This document shows positions 53,022-63,110 of a DNA stretch of 64,000 nucleotides, in pieces. The translations under genes were made by a program, and so were the position numbers. Position 1 is the first letter of the stretch. Every line of letters starts with the position of its first letter. The notes beneath the pieces are model-generated. The model saw only the letters and a program-made list of their open reading frames with translations, ran no database searches and was not told the DNA's origin. The stretch is taken from contig NZ_CAMAYF010000001.1 of the NCBI RefSeq assembly GCF_945862485.1, forward strand, positions 25,401 to 89,400, given 5' to 3'. This DNA is from Sphingorhabdus sp. EL138 (GTDB lineage Bacteria; Pseudomonadota; Alphaproteobacteria; Sphingomonadales; Sphingomonadaceae).

Positions 53022-55697
53022 ATGACCGCAATCGGATTAGACAGCCTGCAAACCCGTTCCACCTTGACCGCTGGCGGCAAGACGGTGGATTATTTCTCGA
53101 TCAAAAAAGTCTCGGAGAAATTGGGCGATGTATCGCGCCTGCCTTTTTCGATGAAGGTATTGCTCGAAAACCTGCTCCGTTTTGAAGATGGCGGCTTTAC
53201 CGTTTCGGTGGAGGATGTGCAGGCGTTGATCGATTGGCAGAAGGACGCCAAGTCGGATCGCGAAATTCAATATCGCCCTGCCCGCGTGTTGTTGCAGGAT
53301 TTCACCGGCGTGCCATGCGTGGTTGATCTGGCCGCCATGCGCGATGCGATGACCGCGTTGAAGGCGGACCCATCGAAGATTAATCCGCTCGTGCCTGTGC
53401 ATCTGGTTATCGACCATAGCGTCATGGTCGATGAATTCGGCCACCCTAAGGCGGCGGAGCAGAATGTTGAAATCGAATATCAACGCAATGCGGAACGTTA
53501 TGACTTCCTGAAATGGGGTTCCAAGTCGCTCAACAATTTCAAGGCTGTCCCTCCCGGCACCGGCATTTGCCATCAGGTTAATCTGGAGCATATTGCGCAG
53601 GCCGTTTGGACAAGCGCAGGCGCTGACGGCGCGACCATTGCGTATCCCGACACCTGCGTGGGTACAGACAGCCACACGACGATGATTAACGGCCTTGGCG
53701 TCCTTGGCTGGGGCGTTGGCGGGATTGAGGCTGAGGCCGCGATGCTTGGCCAGCCAGTGTCCATGCTGATCCCCGAAGTTGTTGGTTTCAAGCTGACCGG
53801 CGCGTTGGCCGAGGGCGTGACCGCGACGGACCTAGTGTTGACCGCAACGCAAATGCTGCGCGCCAAGGGCGTGGTTGGCCGCTTTGTCGAATATTATGGC
53901 CCTGGCCTTGCATCGCTTAGCCTTGCCGACCGTGCAACCTTGGCAAATATGGCGCCCGAATATGGCGCAACCTGTGGCTTCTTTGGCATTGATGAAAAGA
54001 CCATCGAATATCTGCGCCTGACCGGCCGTGATGAGGACCAGATTGCACTGGTCGAGGCCTATGCCAAGGAACAGGGCCTATGGGCCTATGCCGATATGGC
54101 CGACCCGATTTTCACTGACACGCTGGAATTGGATATGGGCAGCGTTGTTCCGTCGCTTGCCGGCCCTAAGCGCCCGCAGGACAAGGTTGTCCTCACGCAA
54201 GTCGACAATGTGTTCAACGACGATCTGATCAACGTTTACAAGCATGCCAGCGCCAAGCGCGTCGCGGTTGAGGGCAAGACACATGATATTGGCGATGGCG
54301 ATGTCGTGATTGCGGCAATCACCAGCTGCACTAACACATCAAACCCAAGCGTATTGGTCGCCGCCGGATTGGTGGCGCGTAAGGCCAATGCCTTTGGCTT
54401 GCGTCCGAAGCCATGGGTAAAAACCTCACTCGCGCCTGGAAGCCAAGTTGTGACCGATTATCTCGATCGTGCCGGATTGACGGCCGATCTGGACGCGGTC
54501 GGCTTTAACTTGGTCGGCTATGGCTGCACCACCTGCATCGGTAACTCCGGTCCATTGGCGGAGCCTATTTCGGCAGCGATTAACGGCCATGACATTGTTG
54601 CCGCCTCGGTCATTTCGGGCAACCGCAACTTTGAAGGCCGCGTGTCCCCTGATGTCCGCGCCAACTTCTTGGCCTCACCGCCTTTGGTGGTCGCCTACGC
54701 GCTCAAGGGCACTGTGACCGAAGACTTCACAACGACGCCGATTGGCCAAGCGACCGACGGTTCAGACGTCTATTTGCGCGATATCTGGCCAACTAACCAA
54801 GAGGTGCATGATGTCATGACCGCAAACATCGACCGTTCGATGTTCACCGCACGTTATGCCAAGGTCTATGAAGGCGATGCGCATTGGCAGAAGATTCAAG
54901 TCGAAGGTTCGGACACCTACACATGGCGCGCCGGATCGACCTATGTCGCCAATCCGCCGTATTTTGAAGGGATGAGCATGACGCCCGCGCCGGTGATGGA
55001 CATCATCGAGGCAAAGCCGCTGGCGATCTTGGGCGATTCCATTACCACCGACCATATCTCGCCTGCTGGAAGCATCAAGGCCGACAGCCCTGCTGGTAAA
55101 TTCCTTATGGAACACCAAGTCAGCAAGGCAGACTTTAACAGCTACGGCGCGCGCCGCGGCCACCATGAAGTCATGATGCGCGGCACCTTCGCCAATATCC
55201 GCATCAAGAACGAAATGGTCCCCGGCATCGAAGGCGGCATGAGCAGCTACCAAGGCGAAGTCATGCCCATTTACGATGCCGCCATGAAGCATAAAGCCGA
55301 CGGCACGCCCTTGGTGGTCATCGCTGGAAAGGAATATGGCACCGGCTCTTCGCGCGATTGGGCGGCAAAGGGCACCAACCTGCTCGGCGTCCGCGCCGTT
55401 ATCGTCGAAAGCTTCGAACGCATCCACCGTTCAAACTTGGTCGGCATGGGCGTGTTGCCACTGCAATTCATGGACGGCGAAAGCCGGACGACCTTGGGCC
55501 TGACCGCGGATGATAGCTTCACAATCACCAGCGTCGGAAAGCTTCAGCCACGCCAGACGGTAACCGTTATGGTCACCCGCAAGGACGGCTCAACGTTCAA
55601 TTTCGACACGCTCTGCCGCATCGACACCGCGAACGAAGTCGAATATTTCATGAACGGTGGCATTCTGCACTATGTGTTGCGGAAACTAGCGGCCTAA
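53022..55697 (+). CDS. acnA: aconitate hydratase A
   Basis: About 890 aa with [24 protein letters not shown] and [11 protein letters not shown] motifs. The start is at [10 protein letters not shown]. Confidence 0.95.
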   Translation: MTAIGLDSLQTRSTLTAGGKTVDYFSIKKVSEKLGDVSRLPFSMKVLLENLLRFEDGGFTVSVEDVQALIDWQKDAKSDREIQYRPARVLLQDFTGVPCVVDLAAMRDAMTALKADPSKINPLVPVHLVIDHSVMVDEFGHPKAAEQNVEIEYQRNAERYDFLKWGSKSLNNFKAVPPGTGICHQVNLEHIAQAVWTSAGADGATIAYPDTCVGTDSHTTMINGLGVLGWGVGGIEAEAAMLGQPVSMLIPEVVGFKLTGALAEGVTATDLVLTATQMLRAKGVVGRFVEYYGPGLASLSLADRATLANMAPEYGATCGFFGIDEKTIEYLRLTGRDEDQIALVEAYAKEQGLWAYADMADPIFTDTLELDMGSVVPSLAGPKRPQDKVVLTQVDNVFNDDLINVYKHASAKRVAVEGKTHDIGDGDVVIAAITSCTNTSNPSVLVAAGLVARKANAFGLRPKPWVKTSLAPGSQVVTDYLDRAGLTADLDAVGFNLVGYGCTTCIGNSGPLAEPISAAINGHDIVAASVISGNRNFEGRVSPDVRANFLASPPLVVAYALKGTVTEDFTTTPIGQATDGSDVYLRDIWPTNQEVHDVMTANIDRSMFTARYAKVYEGDAHWQKIQVEGSDTYTWRAGSTYVANPPYFEGMSMTPAPVMDIIEAKPLAILGDSITTDHISPAGSIKADSPAGKFLMEHQVSKADFNSYGARRGHHEVMMRGTFANIRIKNEMVPGIEGGMSSYQGEVMPIYDAAMKHKADGTPLVVIAGKEYGTGSSRDWAAKGTNLLGVRAVIVESFERIHRSNLVGMGVLPLQFMDGESRTTLGLTADDSFTITSVGKLQPRQTVTVMVTRKDGSTFNFDTLCRIDTANEVEYFMNGGILHYVLRKLAA

Positions 55698-56545
55698 GCC
55701 CTTGAGAGGATCGACAGCGCCGCTTTCAAATGCGGCGCGTCGATCATTTTGCCGTCCAGTTGCAACACGCCTGCGCCCGGATTGGCCGCGAACACATCAA
55801 CGATGGACTGGGCATGCGCAAGCTGCGCTGACGAAGGCGTAAAGCCCGCGTTTATTACCGCCACCTGCGACGGATGAATGGCAAGCATGCCGGTGAAACC
55901 ATCGCGCGCCGCACGGCCAACATACGCGGCAAGACCATCCTGATCACTGATGTACGGAAACACCGTATCAATCGCCGCAACGCCGGCGGCATGCGCTGCA
56001 AAAAGCGTGAGCGACCGGACCATTTCAAATGGTGCCGTATAGCTGCCGTCTACCTCACGCGCGGTCACTGCACCAACCGAGGCAGGCAAATCCTCTGCGC
56101 CCCAGCTAACACCAGCCAGATAATGTGCAACCTCACGCAAGGTCCCGAGGTCGAACACCGCACCTGGCGTTTCGGTCGCGATTGGCAAGATCGGCGGTGC
56201 CTCGCCGTCCTGACTGTCCGCAACTGCCGCTGCTTCGGCGCGTAGCCAATTGATTGAGCGCGCGCCCTCTGTCTTTGGCAAGACAATAGCATCGGGCATA
56301 TAAGGCAACACCGAAGCAAGGTCGTCATGCGTTAGATGGCTATCCTGCGGGTTGACGCGGACAAACACCGGCACCGGCCGATCGCCGGAAAGATACTCCG
56401 CCGCCGCTTCGCGCGCGACAATTTTGCGGTCTAACCCGACTGAGTCTTCAAGGTCGATAATAATCGCATCAGCCCCGCTGGCGGCGGCCTTGGCAAAGCG
56501 GTCAGGCCGGTCACCCGGGACGAAAAGGAGGGAACGCAGTTTCAT
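55694..56545 (-). CDS. CitE-like (HpcH/HpaI fold) acyl-CoA lyase
   Basis: [17 protein letters not shown] and IIDLEDSV are citrate lyase beta / citramalyl-CoA lyase family motifs. Confidence 0.8.
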   Translation of the reverse strand: MKLRSLLFVPGDRPDRFAKAAASGADAIIIDLEDSVGLDRKIVAREAAAEYLSGDRPVPVFVRVNPQDSHLTHDDLASVLPYMPDAIVLPKTEGARSINWLRAEAAAVADSQDGEAPPILPIATETPGAVFDLGTLREVAHYLAGVSWGAEDLPASVGAVTAREVDGSYTAPFEMVRSLTLFAAHAAGVAAIDTVFPYISDQDGLAAYVGRAARDGFTGMLAIHPSQVAVINAGFTPSSAQLAHAQSIVDVFAANPGAGVLQLDGKMIDAPHLKAALSILSRA

Positions 56546-56581
56546 GCGGGCATTATGCCCTGCACCGGAGGTTATGGCAAT

Positions 56582-57028
56582 CTATGCCTTTTTCAGCAAC
56601 GCGGCCCGTTCCGTTTGGCAAACAAGTTCATCACGTTGATTGAGGCATCGGTGCAGGAACGTCACCACCCCCGCATCAGGTCGTGATTTGCTCTCCTTAA
56701 GCGCAATGACTTCGGTTTCCGCGCGCAGGGTATCACCGATGAACACGGGCTTGGGCATTACCAATTTATCATAGCCCAGATTGGCTACCAACGTGCCAAG
56801 CGTCGTATCCCCCACCGATAGCCCCACCATCAACGCAAAAGTGAAGGTGCCGTTTACGAGAATTTGCCCAAACTCACTGGCCTTGGCTGCCTCCGCATCA
56901 ATGTGCAGCGGTTGCGGGTTATGCGTCATGACCGAGAACAGCAGATTGTCTGTCTCCGTCACCGTGCGACGGATTTCGTGGGCGATGCTATCGCCAATGT
57001 GCCATTCGTTGAAATATTTGCCTGCCAT
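56582..57028 (-). CDS. MaoC-family (R)-specific enoyl-CoA hydratase/dehydratase
   Basis: 148-aa hot-dog fold pattern (FSVMTHNPQPLHIDAEAAKASEFGQILVNG). Confidence 0.8.
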   Translation of the reverse strand: MAGKYFNEWHIGDSIAHEIRRTVTETDNLLFSVMTHNPQPLHIDAEAAKASEFGQILVNGTFTFALMVGLSVGDTTLGTLVANLGYDKLVMPKPVFIGDTLRAETEVIALKESKSRPDAGVVTFLHRCLNQRDELVCQTERAALLKKA

Positions 57029-57059
57029 TATTGTTGCCTTTTGTCCATCATCACCAATA

Positions 57060-57108
57060 CCTCCCCGGAACGGGGAGGGGGACCGCCAGCCAAAGGCTGG
57101 TGGTGGAG
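57060..57108 (+). repeat. GC-rich double-hairpin repeat, solo copy A
   Basis: CCTCCCCGGAACGGGGAGGGGGACCGCCAGCCAAAGGCTGGTGGTGGAG is nearly identical to 59011-59062. It lies in the MaoC-mccA spacer. Confidence 0.8.
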
Positions 57109-57128
57109 CTGTTGCTTCAGTATCTCAG

Positions 57129-58991
57129 TCACTCCACCACCTCTATCCGCACCAACAACGCCTCAACCTGCACCTGTGCACCCGTCTCCGCATTCAACTC
57201 AGCCACCACGCCATCAAACGGCGCTGTGAGGCTATGTTCCATCTTCATCGCCTCAAGCGTGACGAGTTTTTGGCCCTTGGTCACGCGATCACCCACAGCG
57301 ACATCAACCGCGATGATCCGGCCCGGCATGGGCGACAGGATGTCGCCATCATAAGCCGATGCATGGGTACCGCCTGCATAGCGATAAGGTTCCACCCACC
57401 AAGTCTGACCGTTCCCAGTCTGGAAGAAGCCCTTTGGCGGGTCTTGGCTAAAAACGAACGGCCTTGGATCGACATACGCAAGTATCGGAATTTCGACTAT
57501 TGTCGCAATGCCGTCGACCGACAAGACAGCCTTATGATTGCGATCCCGGTTAAGGCGGAAGCCCGCAACTGCCTGATTGGTATATTGTTCTGCGCTCCGC
57601 GCCAAATAATATGTGTCGGGGGCCTCGTCGGGAATCAACGCATCGCCCGCGCGCTGCAGAAGGCCGGTATCGATATTGCCCGAGGCAAAATCAGGATGTT
57701 CAAGCGCGTTGATAAGAAACGCGGCATTGTTTTTAACCGGCCAAATTTTACTATCGTTCAAAGCCCATGCCAGCGACCGTATCGCGCCTGCGCGGTCCAA
57801 ATCATGGGCTATCATTTTGGCAATCATCGGGTCGTAAAACGGCGACACCTCGGATCCTTGGCACACGCCACTGTCGATACGGACACTGCCATCGAGCTCG
57901 AAAAATTCGAGTCTGCCAACGCTCGGCAAGAAGCCTTTCGCCGGGTCTTCGGCATAGAGTCTCGCTTCGATGGCATGACCATCAATGGATAACTCGTCCT
58001 GCCGAAGCGGAAGCGGCTCTCCGCTAGCGACGCGCAATTGCCATTCAACAAGGTCAACGCCCGTGATTTCCTCCGTCACAGGATGCTCCACCTGCAAACG
58101 CGTGTTCATTTCCATAAACCAGACGAGGTCTGGGTCGATGAAACCCTTGGAAGAATCGGCGATGAATTCAATCGTGCCTGCGCCGACATAATTTACCGCC
58201 TTTGCTGCGCGGACAGCAGCGCCACAAATCAGCTCGCGGGTATACGGCGTCATGCCCGGCGCGGGGGCTTCTTCAATTACCTTTTGATGACGGCGTTGCA
58301 GCGAACAATCGCGTTCGAACAAATGGACTATGTTGCCATGGGTGTCGCCAAACACCTGCACCTCAATATGGCGCGGGCGCTGAATATATTTCTCGATCAA
58401 CACATGCGCGTTACCGAATGATGCGCTGGCCTCCCGCTGGCACGAAGCAAGCGCGTCGATGAAGTCACCCGCCTCGTCGACCTTGCGCATCCCCTTCCCG
58501 CCGCCGCCAGCGACCGCCTTGATCAGCACGGGATAGCCAATTTCGGTGGCGCGCTCGGCGAGGAAATCTGGGTCTTGGTTATCCCCCATATAGCCTGGGG
58601 TGACGGGCACGCCCGCTTCGGCCATCAATTTTTTGGCGGCGTCCTTCAGACCCATGGCAGTGATGCTGGCGGGGCGCGGCCCAACCCAGATCAGCCCTGC
58701 GTCAATCACCGCTTGCGCGAATTCCGCATTTTCAGACAGGAAGCCATAGCCCGGATGGATCGCATCTGCACCCGTGGCTTTGGCAGCAGCGATGATCTTA
58801 TGCCCCGCGAGATAGCTCTCCCGCGCCGGAGACGCCCCGATATGCACCGCCGCATCGGCTTCGCGCACATGCAATGCATGGGCATCCGCGTCCGAATAAA
58901 CCGCTATTGTGCGTATACCCATGTCACGCGCGGTGCGGATAATCCGGCAAGCAATCTCACCACGATTGGCAATGAGGAGGGATTGGATCAT
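57129..58991 (-). CDS. mccA: methylcrotonyl-CoA carboxylase alpha subunit (biotin carboxylase + BCCP)
   Basis: IANRGEIACRIIRT, an ATP-grasp domain and C-terminal biotinylation motif LEAMKMEH. It is paired with an MCC-type beta subunit. Confidence 0.88.
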   Translation of the reverse strand: MIQSLLIANRGEIACRIIRTARDMGIRTIAVYSDADAHALHVREADAAVHIGASPARESYLAGHKIIAAAKATGADAIHPGYGFLSENAEFAQAVIDAGLIWVGPRPASITAMGLKDAAKKLMAEAGVPVTPGYMGDNQDPDFLAERATEIGYPVLIKAVAGGGGKGMRKVDEAGDFIDALASCQREASASFGNAHVLIEKYIQRPRHIEVQVFGDTHGNIVHLFERDCSLQRRHQKVIEEAPAPGMTPYTRELICGAAVRAAKAVNYVGAGTIEFIADSSKGFIDPDLVWFMEMNTRLQVEHPVTEEITGVDLVEWQLRVASGEPLPLRQDELSIDGHAIEARLYAEDPAKGFLPSVGRLEFFELDGSVRIDSGVCQGSEVSPFYDPMIAKMIAHDLDRAGAIRSLAWALNDSKIWPVKNNAAFLINALEHPDFASGNIDTGLLQRAGDALIPDEAPDTYYLARSAEQYTNQAVAGFRLNRDRNHKAVLSVDGIATIVEIPILAYVDPRPFVFSQDPPKGFFQTGNGQTWWVEPYRYAGGTHASAYDGDILSPMPGRIIAVDVAVGDRVTKGQKLVTLEAMKMEHSLTAPFDGVVAELNAETGAQVQVEALLVRIEVVE

Positions 58992-59479
58992 GGTCTCAAT
59001 CTTTCAAACACCTCCCCGGACCGGGGAGGGGAACCGCCAGCCAAAGGCTGGTGGTGGAGGGGTTGGTGTTCGACGCAAGCGGCAACAATAGTCGCAAGGG
59101 CATCTTCAATGCTTTGCAGAACATAAGCCGCAGGCAAGCGTAATAAATGAAATCCGCGTGACTGAAGATAGGTATCACGCTGTGCGTCTCGCTCTGGTCT
59201 GTCACCTACTCCATGTGCTTGGCCATCGATTTCAATAGCAAGCCGACATTCAAGGCAAACAAAATCAATGACGACGTCGCTTAGCGGATGCTGACGACGA
59301 AATTTATAACCGCCGGGACGCTTGCGCAGTTCGCGCCAAATAAGAACCTCGGGCAGATTACCGGAACGACGCTCGCGCTTTGCAACGGCATAAGCGTTCG
59401 ATGAGGCGGATAGCACCCCTCCACCATCCTTCGGATGGTCCCCCTCCCCGGTTCGGGGAGGTGCTTGCTGCTCACTCAC
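58988..59479 (-). CDS. DUF559 (Vsr/restriction-endonuclease-like fold) domain protein
   Basis: Core [49 protein letters not shown]...[18 protein letters not shown] is typical of DUF559. The GTG start overlaps the mccB stop and the stop overlaps the mccA start. The first ~20 and last ~30 codons are encoded by the flanking repeats. Confidence 0.75.
   Translation of the reverse strand: MSEQQAPPRTGEGDHPKDGGGVLSASSNAYAVAKRERRSGNLPEVLIWRELRKRPGGYKFRRQHPLSDVVIDFVCLECRLAIEIDGQAHGVGDRPERDAQRDTYLQSRGFHLLRLPAAYVLQSIEDALATIVAACVEHQPLHHQPLAGGSPPRSGEVFERLRP
59011..59062 (+). repeat. GC-rich double-hairpin repeat, copy B
   Basis: CCTCCCCGGACCGGGGAGGGGAACCGCCAGCCAAAGGCTGGTGGTGGAGGGG. Confidence 0.8.
59416..59461 (-). 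repeat. GC-rich double-hairpin repeat, copy C (inverted)
   Basis: The reverse complement reads CCTCCCCGAACCGGGGAGGGGGACCATCCGAAGGATGGTGGAGGGG. The second stem carries compensatory changes relative to copies A and B. Confidence 0.8.
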
Positions 59480-61077
59480 ATCCGGAACACCCCGAAGCGG
59501 GGCGCCTCCTCAACTGGCGCATTGAGTGCTGCGGCGAAGGCTAGGCCCAACACATCGCGGGTTTGTGCGGGGTCGATTATGCCATCATCCCAAAGCCGCG
59601 AGGTCGCGTAATAAGGGTTGCCTTCATCCTCATATTTCTGACGGATTGGGGACTTGAAGGCTTCGGCTTCCTCCGGCGTCCATTTTTCCGCATCGCGGTG
59701 GACGGTGGCGAGGACGGAAGCGGCTTGTTCGCCGCCCATCACCGAAATCCGCGCATTGGGCCAAGTGAATAGAAAGCGTGGGGAATATGCGCGCCCGCAC
59801 ATGCCGTAATTCCCTGCGCCAAAGCTGCCGCCGATAAGGACTGTAATCTTTGGCACGCTCGCGGTGGCGACGGCGGTGACGAGCTTTGCGCCATGCTTGG
59901 CAATGCCCTCCGCCTCATATTTGCCGCCAACCATGAAGCCGCTGATATTCTGCAAGAACAAGAGCGGTATCCGCCGTTGGCAGGCAAGTTCAATAAAATG
60001 CGCGCCTTTGACGGCGCTTTCGCTAAACAATACGCCGTTATTCGCGAGGATCGCGACGGGCATCCCCCAGATATGCGCAAAGCCGCAGACCAAGGTCGTG
60101 CCGTACAGCGCCTTGAACTCATGAAACTCGCTGCCATCGACCAGCCGTGCGATGACTTCGTGGACATCATAAGGCGCACGGACGTCGTCGGGGATGACAC
60201 CGTACAATTCGTCGGAATCAAATTTGGGTGGGCGTGGTTCTTTGGTATCGATGTCCGGTTTGTGGGTTGACCCTAAATGGCTGACGATATCCCTAACAAT
60301 AGTCAACGCATGCTCATCATTCTCGGCCACATGATCGACCACACCGGACTTCCGGCCATGCAAGTCGCCACCGCCCAGATCCTCCGCGCTAATCTCTTCC
60401 CCCGTTGCGGCCTTCACCAAGGGCGGGCCAGCGAGGAAAATCGTACCTTGGTTGCGAACGATGACGCTTTCGTCTGACATGGCGGGCACATAAGCGCCTC
60501 CCGCGGTGCAGCTTCCCATGACACAGGCGATTTGAGGGATGCCTTTGGCGCTCATATTTGCTTGGTTGAAGAAGATGCGCCCGAAATGGTCCCGGTCAGG
60601 AAACACCTCGTCCTGATGCGGCAAATTCGCGCCGCCGCTGTCGACAAGATAGATGCACGGCAAGTGGTTCGCCTCGGCGATTTCTTGGGCCCGCAAATGC
60701 TTTTTGACCGTCATCGGATAATAAGTGCCGCCTTTTACGGTCGCGTCGTTGCAGACGATCATGCACTGGCGCCCCGAAACGCGGCCGATTCCCGTGATTA
60801 GGCCTGCACCCGGAATTTCGCTATCATACAGGTCGCAGGCTGCAAGCTGGCCGATTTCTAGGAAAGGCGAACCGCTATCCAGCAGGCGTTCGACACGCTC
60901 ACGCGGCAGCAATTTTCCACGAGAAGTATGGCGCTCACGCGACTTCTCATTACCGCCTAACGCAGCTTCGGCGACTTTAGTCCAAAGGTCGTCACGAAGC
61001 GCCTGATTGTGGGCACTGCGCGCCTTATACTCTTCGGAATCGGTGTTGATCGACGTTGGCAATACGGGAGCGCTCAT
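59476..61077 (-). CDS. mccB: methylcrotonyl-CoA carboxylase beta subunit (carboxyltransferase)
   Basis: [39 protein letters not shown] and [15 protein letters not shown] closely resemble MCC beta (human MCCC2-like) rather than PCC beta. Confidence 0.92.
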   Translation of the reverse strand: MSAPVLPTSINTDSEEYKARSAHNQALRDDLWTKVAEAALGGNEKSRERHTSRGKLLPRERVERLLDSGSPFLEIGQLAACDLYDSEIPGAGLITGIGRVSGRQCMIVCNDATVKGGTYYPMTVKKHLRAQEIAEANHLPCIYLVDSGGANLPHQDEVFPDRDHFGRIFFNQANMSAKGIPQIACVMGSCTAGGAYVPAMSDESVIVRNQGTIFLAGPPLVKAATGEEISAEDLGGGDLHGRKSGVVDHVAENDEHALTIVRDIVSHLGSTHKPDIDTKEPRPPKFDSDELYGVIPDDVRAPYDVHEVIARLVDGSEFHEFKALYGTTLVCGFAHIWGMPVAILANNGVLFSESAVKGAHFIELACQRRIPLLFLQNISGFMVGGKYEAEGIAKHGAKLVTAVATASVPKITVLIGGSFGAGNYGMCGRAYSPRFLFTWPNARISVMGGEQAASVLATVHRDAEKWTPEEAEAFKSPIRQKYEDEGNPYYATSRLWDDGIIDPAQTRDVLGLAFAAALNAPVEEAPRFGVFRM

Positions 61078-61087
61078 GCAGACACTC

Positions 61088-61177
61088 CGTCATGCTGAAC
61101 TTGTTTCAGCATCCATTTTTCCTCTCAAGCCCGGCCTTTATAGGCGCGATGGACCCTGAACCACGTTCAGGGTGACG
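61088..61177 (+). repeat. MITE/REP-like element, copy 5 (90 bp)
   Basis: CGTCATGCTGAACTTGTTTCAGCATCCAT ... GGACCCTGAACCACGTTCAGGGTGACG, immediately upstream of the mccB start. Confidence 0.8.
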
Positions 61178-61257
61178 AAGTTTTCAAACTTAAGAGATGT
61201 ATAGCGCGGAAAGCAAGAAAAGGAATGCGCAACTTTATTACGCAAACCAATTTTTAG

Positions 61258-61677
61258 TCACCCAAATTTACTTTGCAACGCCAGCAAGGCCATCGCCGCA
61301 ATGGCGGCCTCCCCGCCCTTGTCCTTTTGTTTAGGGTCGGCGCGTACTATGGCTTGTGCTTCGTTTTCAACGGTCAATATGCCGTTGCCGATGGCGATTC
61401 CGTCCATCGTCAACGCCATGATACCGCGTGCGCTTTCACCAGCAACGATTTCAAAATGATAGGTTTCCCCGCGAATAACAACGCCAATGGCGACAAATCC
61501 GTCATATATCTGCGCCTCTGCAGCCATCGATATGGTGCCCGGAATTTCGAGCGCGCCGGGCACAGTGATAACCTCAACCTCATGCCCCTTGGCCTTCAAC
61601 GCTGTCTTCGCACCTGCTACGAGCATGTCGTTCAGATGGTCATAAAACCGTGCTTCAACTATAAGGAATTTTGCCAT
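61258..61677 (-). CDS. ribH: 6,7-dimethyl-8-ribityllumazine synthase
   Basis: 139 aa, [10 protein letters not shown]...VPGALEIP. Confidence 0.9.
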   Translation of the reverse strand: MAKFLIVEARFYDHLNDMLVAGAKTALKAKGHEVEVITVPGALEIPGTISMAAEAQIYDGFVAIGVVIRGETYHFEIVAGESARGIMALTMDGIAIGNGILTVENEAQAIVRADPKQKDKGGEAAIAAMALLALQSKFG

Positions 61678-62978
61678 TACTCGCCTCCGGTGCCGGGGAT
61701 AGGCCGTTCGCCTACAATGGAAAGGCCATAGCCTTCAAGGCCGACGAGCGTGTGGTGCGTGTTGGTCAGCAATATCATGTCATGCACGCCAAGCTCGGTC
61801 AGGATTTGTGCGCCGCCGCCATAGTCGCGCAGTTCCTCAATCTCTGGCGCACCAGCTTGCTTGCCCTCGGCGCGCAACTGCATGAAGCGAGACACAATGC
61901 CTTTCATCGGCTTGTTAATGACCACGATCACACCAGCACCTTCCGCGGCAATGGCCTCCATCGAACGTGACAACAGGCCAGAACGCTCATTTTCTTCGCC
62001 AAACACATCAACGAACATCGACATGGTATGCATGCGTACCAATGTCGGTTTTTCAGAGTCAATGCGGCCCTTTACCAAAGCAATGGTCTCATCACCCGTC
62101 GCCTTGTTGTAAAAGGTCATGGCGGTCCAGTCACCGCCCCAGCGGCTGTTGAACTTCATCTCCGCGCGCTTTTCGACCAAATGGTCATGCTTGCGGCGAT
62201 AGGCGATCAGGTCGCGGATTGTACCCATCTTGAGGTTGTGCATGCGGGCGAAGGCCACGAGGTCATCCATCCGCGCCATTGTGCCATCGTCTTTCATGAT
62301 TTCACAAATCACGCCCGACGGGTTGAGACCGGCAAGCCGGCTAATGTCGACAGCCGCTTCAGTATGTCCTGCGCGCACCAGCACGCCGCCATCGCGGGCC
62401 GTCAGCGGGAAGACATGACCAGGCGAAACAATGTCGTCAGGCCCCATAGAGGCGTCCACAGCGACGGAAATGGTCCGTGCCCTGTCTGCAGCACTGATGC
62501 CCGTCGTGACGCCCTCACGGGCTTCTATGGACACTGTGAAGGCTGTTTGCATGCTTTCGCGGTTCTCGCGCGCCATCGGCGTCAGGCCAAGCTGTTCACA
62601 ACGTGCCTTGGTCATCGAAAGACAGATGAGGCCACGGCCATGCGTTGCCATGAAATTGATCGCGTCTGGCGTTGCCATTTGCGCCGGAATGATCAGGTCG
62701 CCCTCATTTTCCCGGTCCTCATCATCGACGAGGATATACATACGACCATTGCGCGCCTCTTCAATGATTTCCTCAATCGGCACGAGCGCGGGCGTATCGT
62801 CGTTGGAGAACAAATAGCTTTCCAACTTACGCAGGGTTTCAGCGGTCGGGTTCCAGCCCGGCTCATCCAAGTCGCGCAAAGTGTTGGCATGAAGGCCAGC
62901 AGCGCGGGCTAGGCCGGACCGTGACAAGCCACCGTCGTTGACGAGGCTACGAAGTTTAGTAATCAATTGTATGCTCAT
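61677..62978 (-). CDS. ribBA: bifunctional DHBP synthase / GTP cyclohydrolase II-like protein with an N-terminal HTH-like extension
   Basis: RibB motif [13 protein letters not shown] and a GCH II-like C-terminal half. The N-terminal ~60 aa resemble an XRE-type HTH. An internal GTG start near 62780 cannot be excluded. Confidence 0.85.
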   Translation of the reverse strand: MSIQLITKLRSLVNDGGLSRSGLARAAGLHANTLRDLDEPGWNPTAETLRKLESYLFSNDDTPALVPIEEIIEEARNGRMYILVDDEDRENEGDLIIPAQMATPDAINFMATHGRGLICLSMTKARCEQLGLTPMARENRESMQTAFTVSIEAREGVTTGISAADRARTISVAVDASMGPDDIVSPGHVFPLTARDGGVLVRAGHTEAAVDISRLAGLNPSGVICEIMKDDGTMARMDDLVAFARMHNLKMGTIRDLIAYRRKHDHLVEKRAEMKFNSRWGGDWTAMTFYNKATGDETIALVKGRIDSEKPTLVRMHTMSMFVDVFGEENERSGLLSRSMEAIAAEGAGVIVVINKPMKGIVSRFMQLRAEGKQAGAPEIEELRDYGGGAQILTELGVHDMILLTNTHHTLVGLEGYGLSIVGERPIPGTGGE

Positions 62979-62987
62979 GATTCGTTA

Positions 62988-63035
62988 TTTTCACATCATG
63001 ATGTGATTGTCAAAGTGCATATTCACATCAATGTG
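62988..63035. promoter_or_regulatory. twin palindromes in the ribBA / DUF2855 divergent promoter region
   Basis: TTCACAT-catg-ATGTGA (62988-63004, 16-bp perfect core) and TTCACAT-ca-ATGTGAA (63020-63035). Their centres are 31 bp apart. Confidence 0.4.
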
Positions 63036-63110
63036 AACAATTAGGAAAATGGTCTTTCATTGAATGCGCAACGAAGGGCGGTTATGCCGACGGACAGAGG
63101 AGAAGCAAAT

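Larger units (their letters stand above)
59011..59461 (-). mobile_element. putative DUF559 cassette bounded by ~50-bp terminal inverted repeats
   Basis: Repeat B (59011-59062) and repeat C (59416-59461) are reverse complements of each other and bracket the DUF559 core. Mobility is inferred, not shown. Confidence 0.45.

Noticed and set aside
56781-57992. 403-aa plus-strand ORF
   Set aside because: It spans the MaoC gene, the intergenic repeat and the mccA 3' end on the opposite strand. It is an artefact of GC-rich antisense frames.
62028-62912. 294-aa plus-strand ORF
   Set aside because: It is antisense to ribBA, which carries the [10 protein letters not shown] motif.
62979-63110. Possible FMN (RFN) riboswitch upstream of ribBA
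   Set aside because: The region is only 132 bp and AT-rich, and it lacks the conserved RFN blocks I know (e.g. AGGGCGGGGUGAAAUUCCC, GGAUGGGAGA). An RF00050 scan would be decisive.
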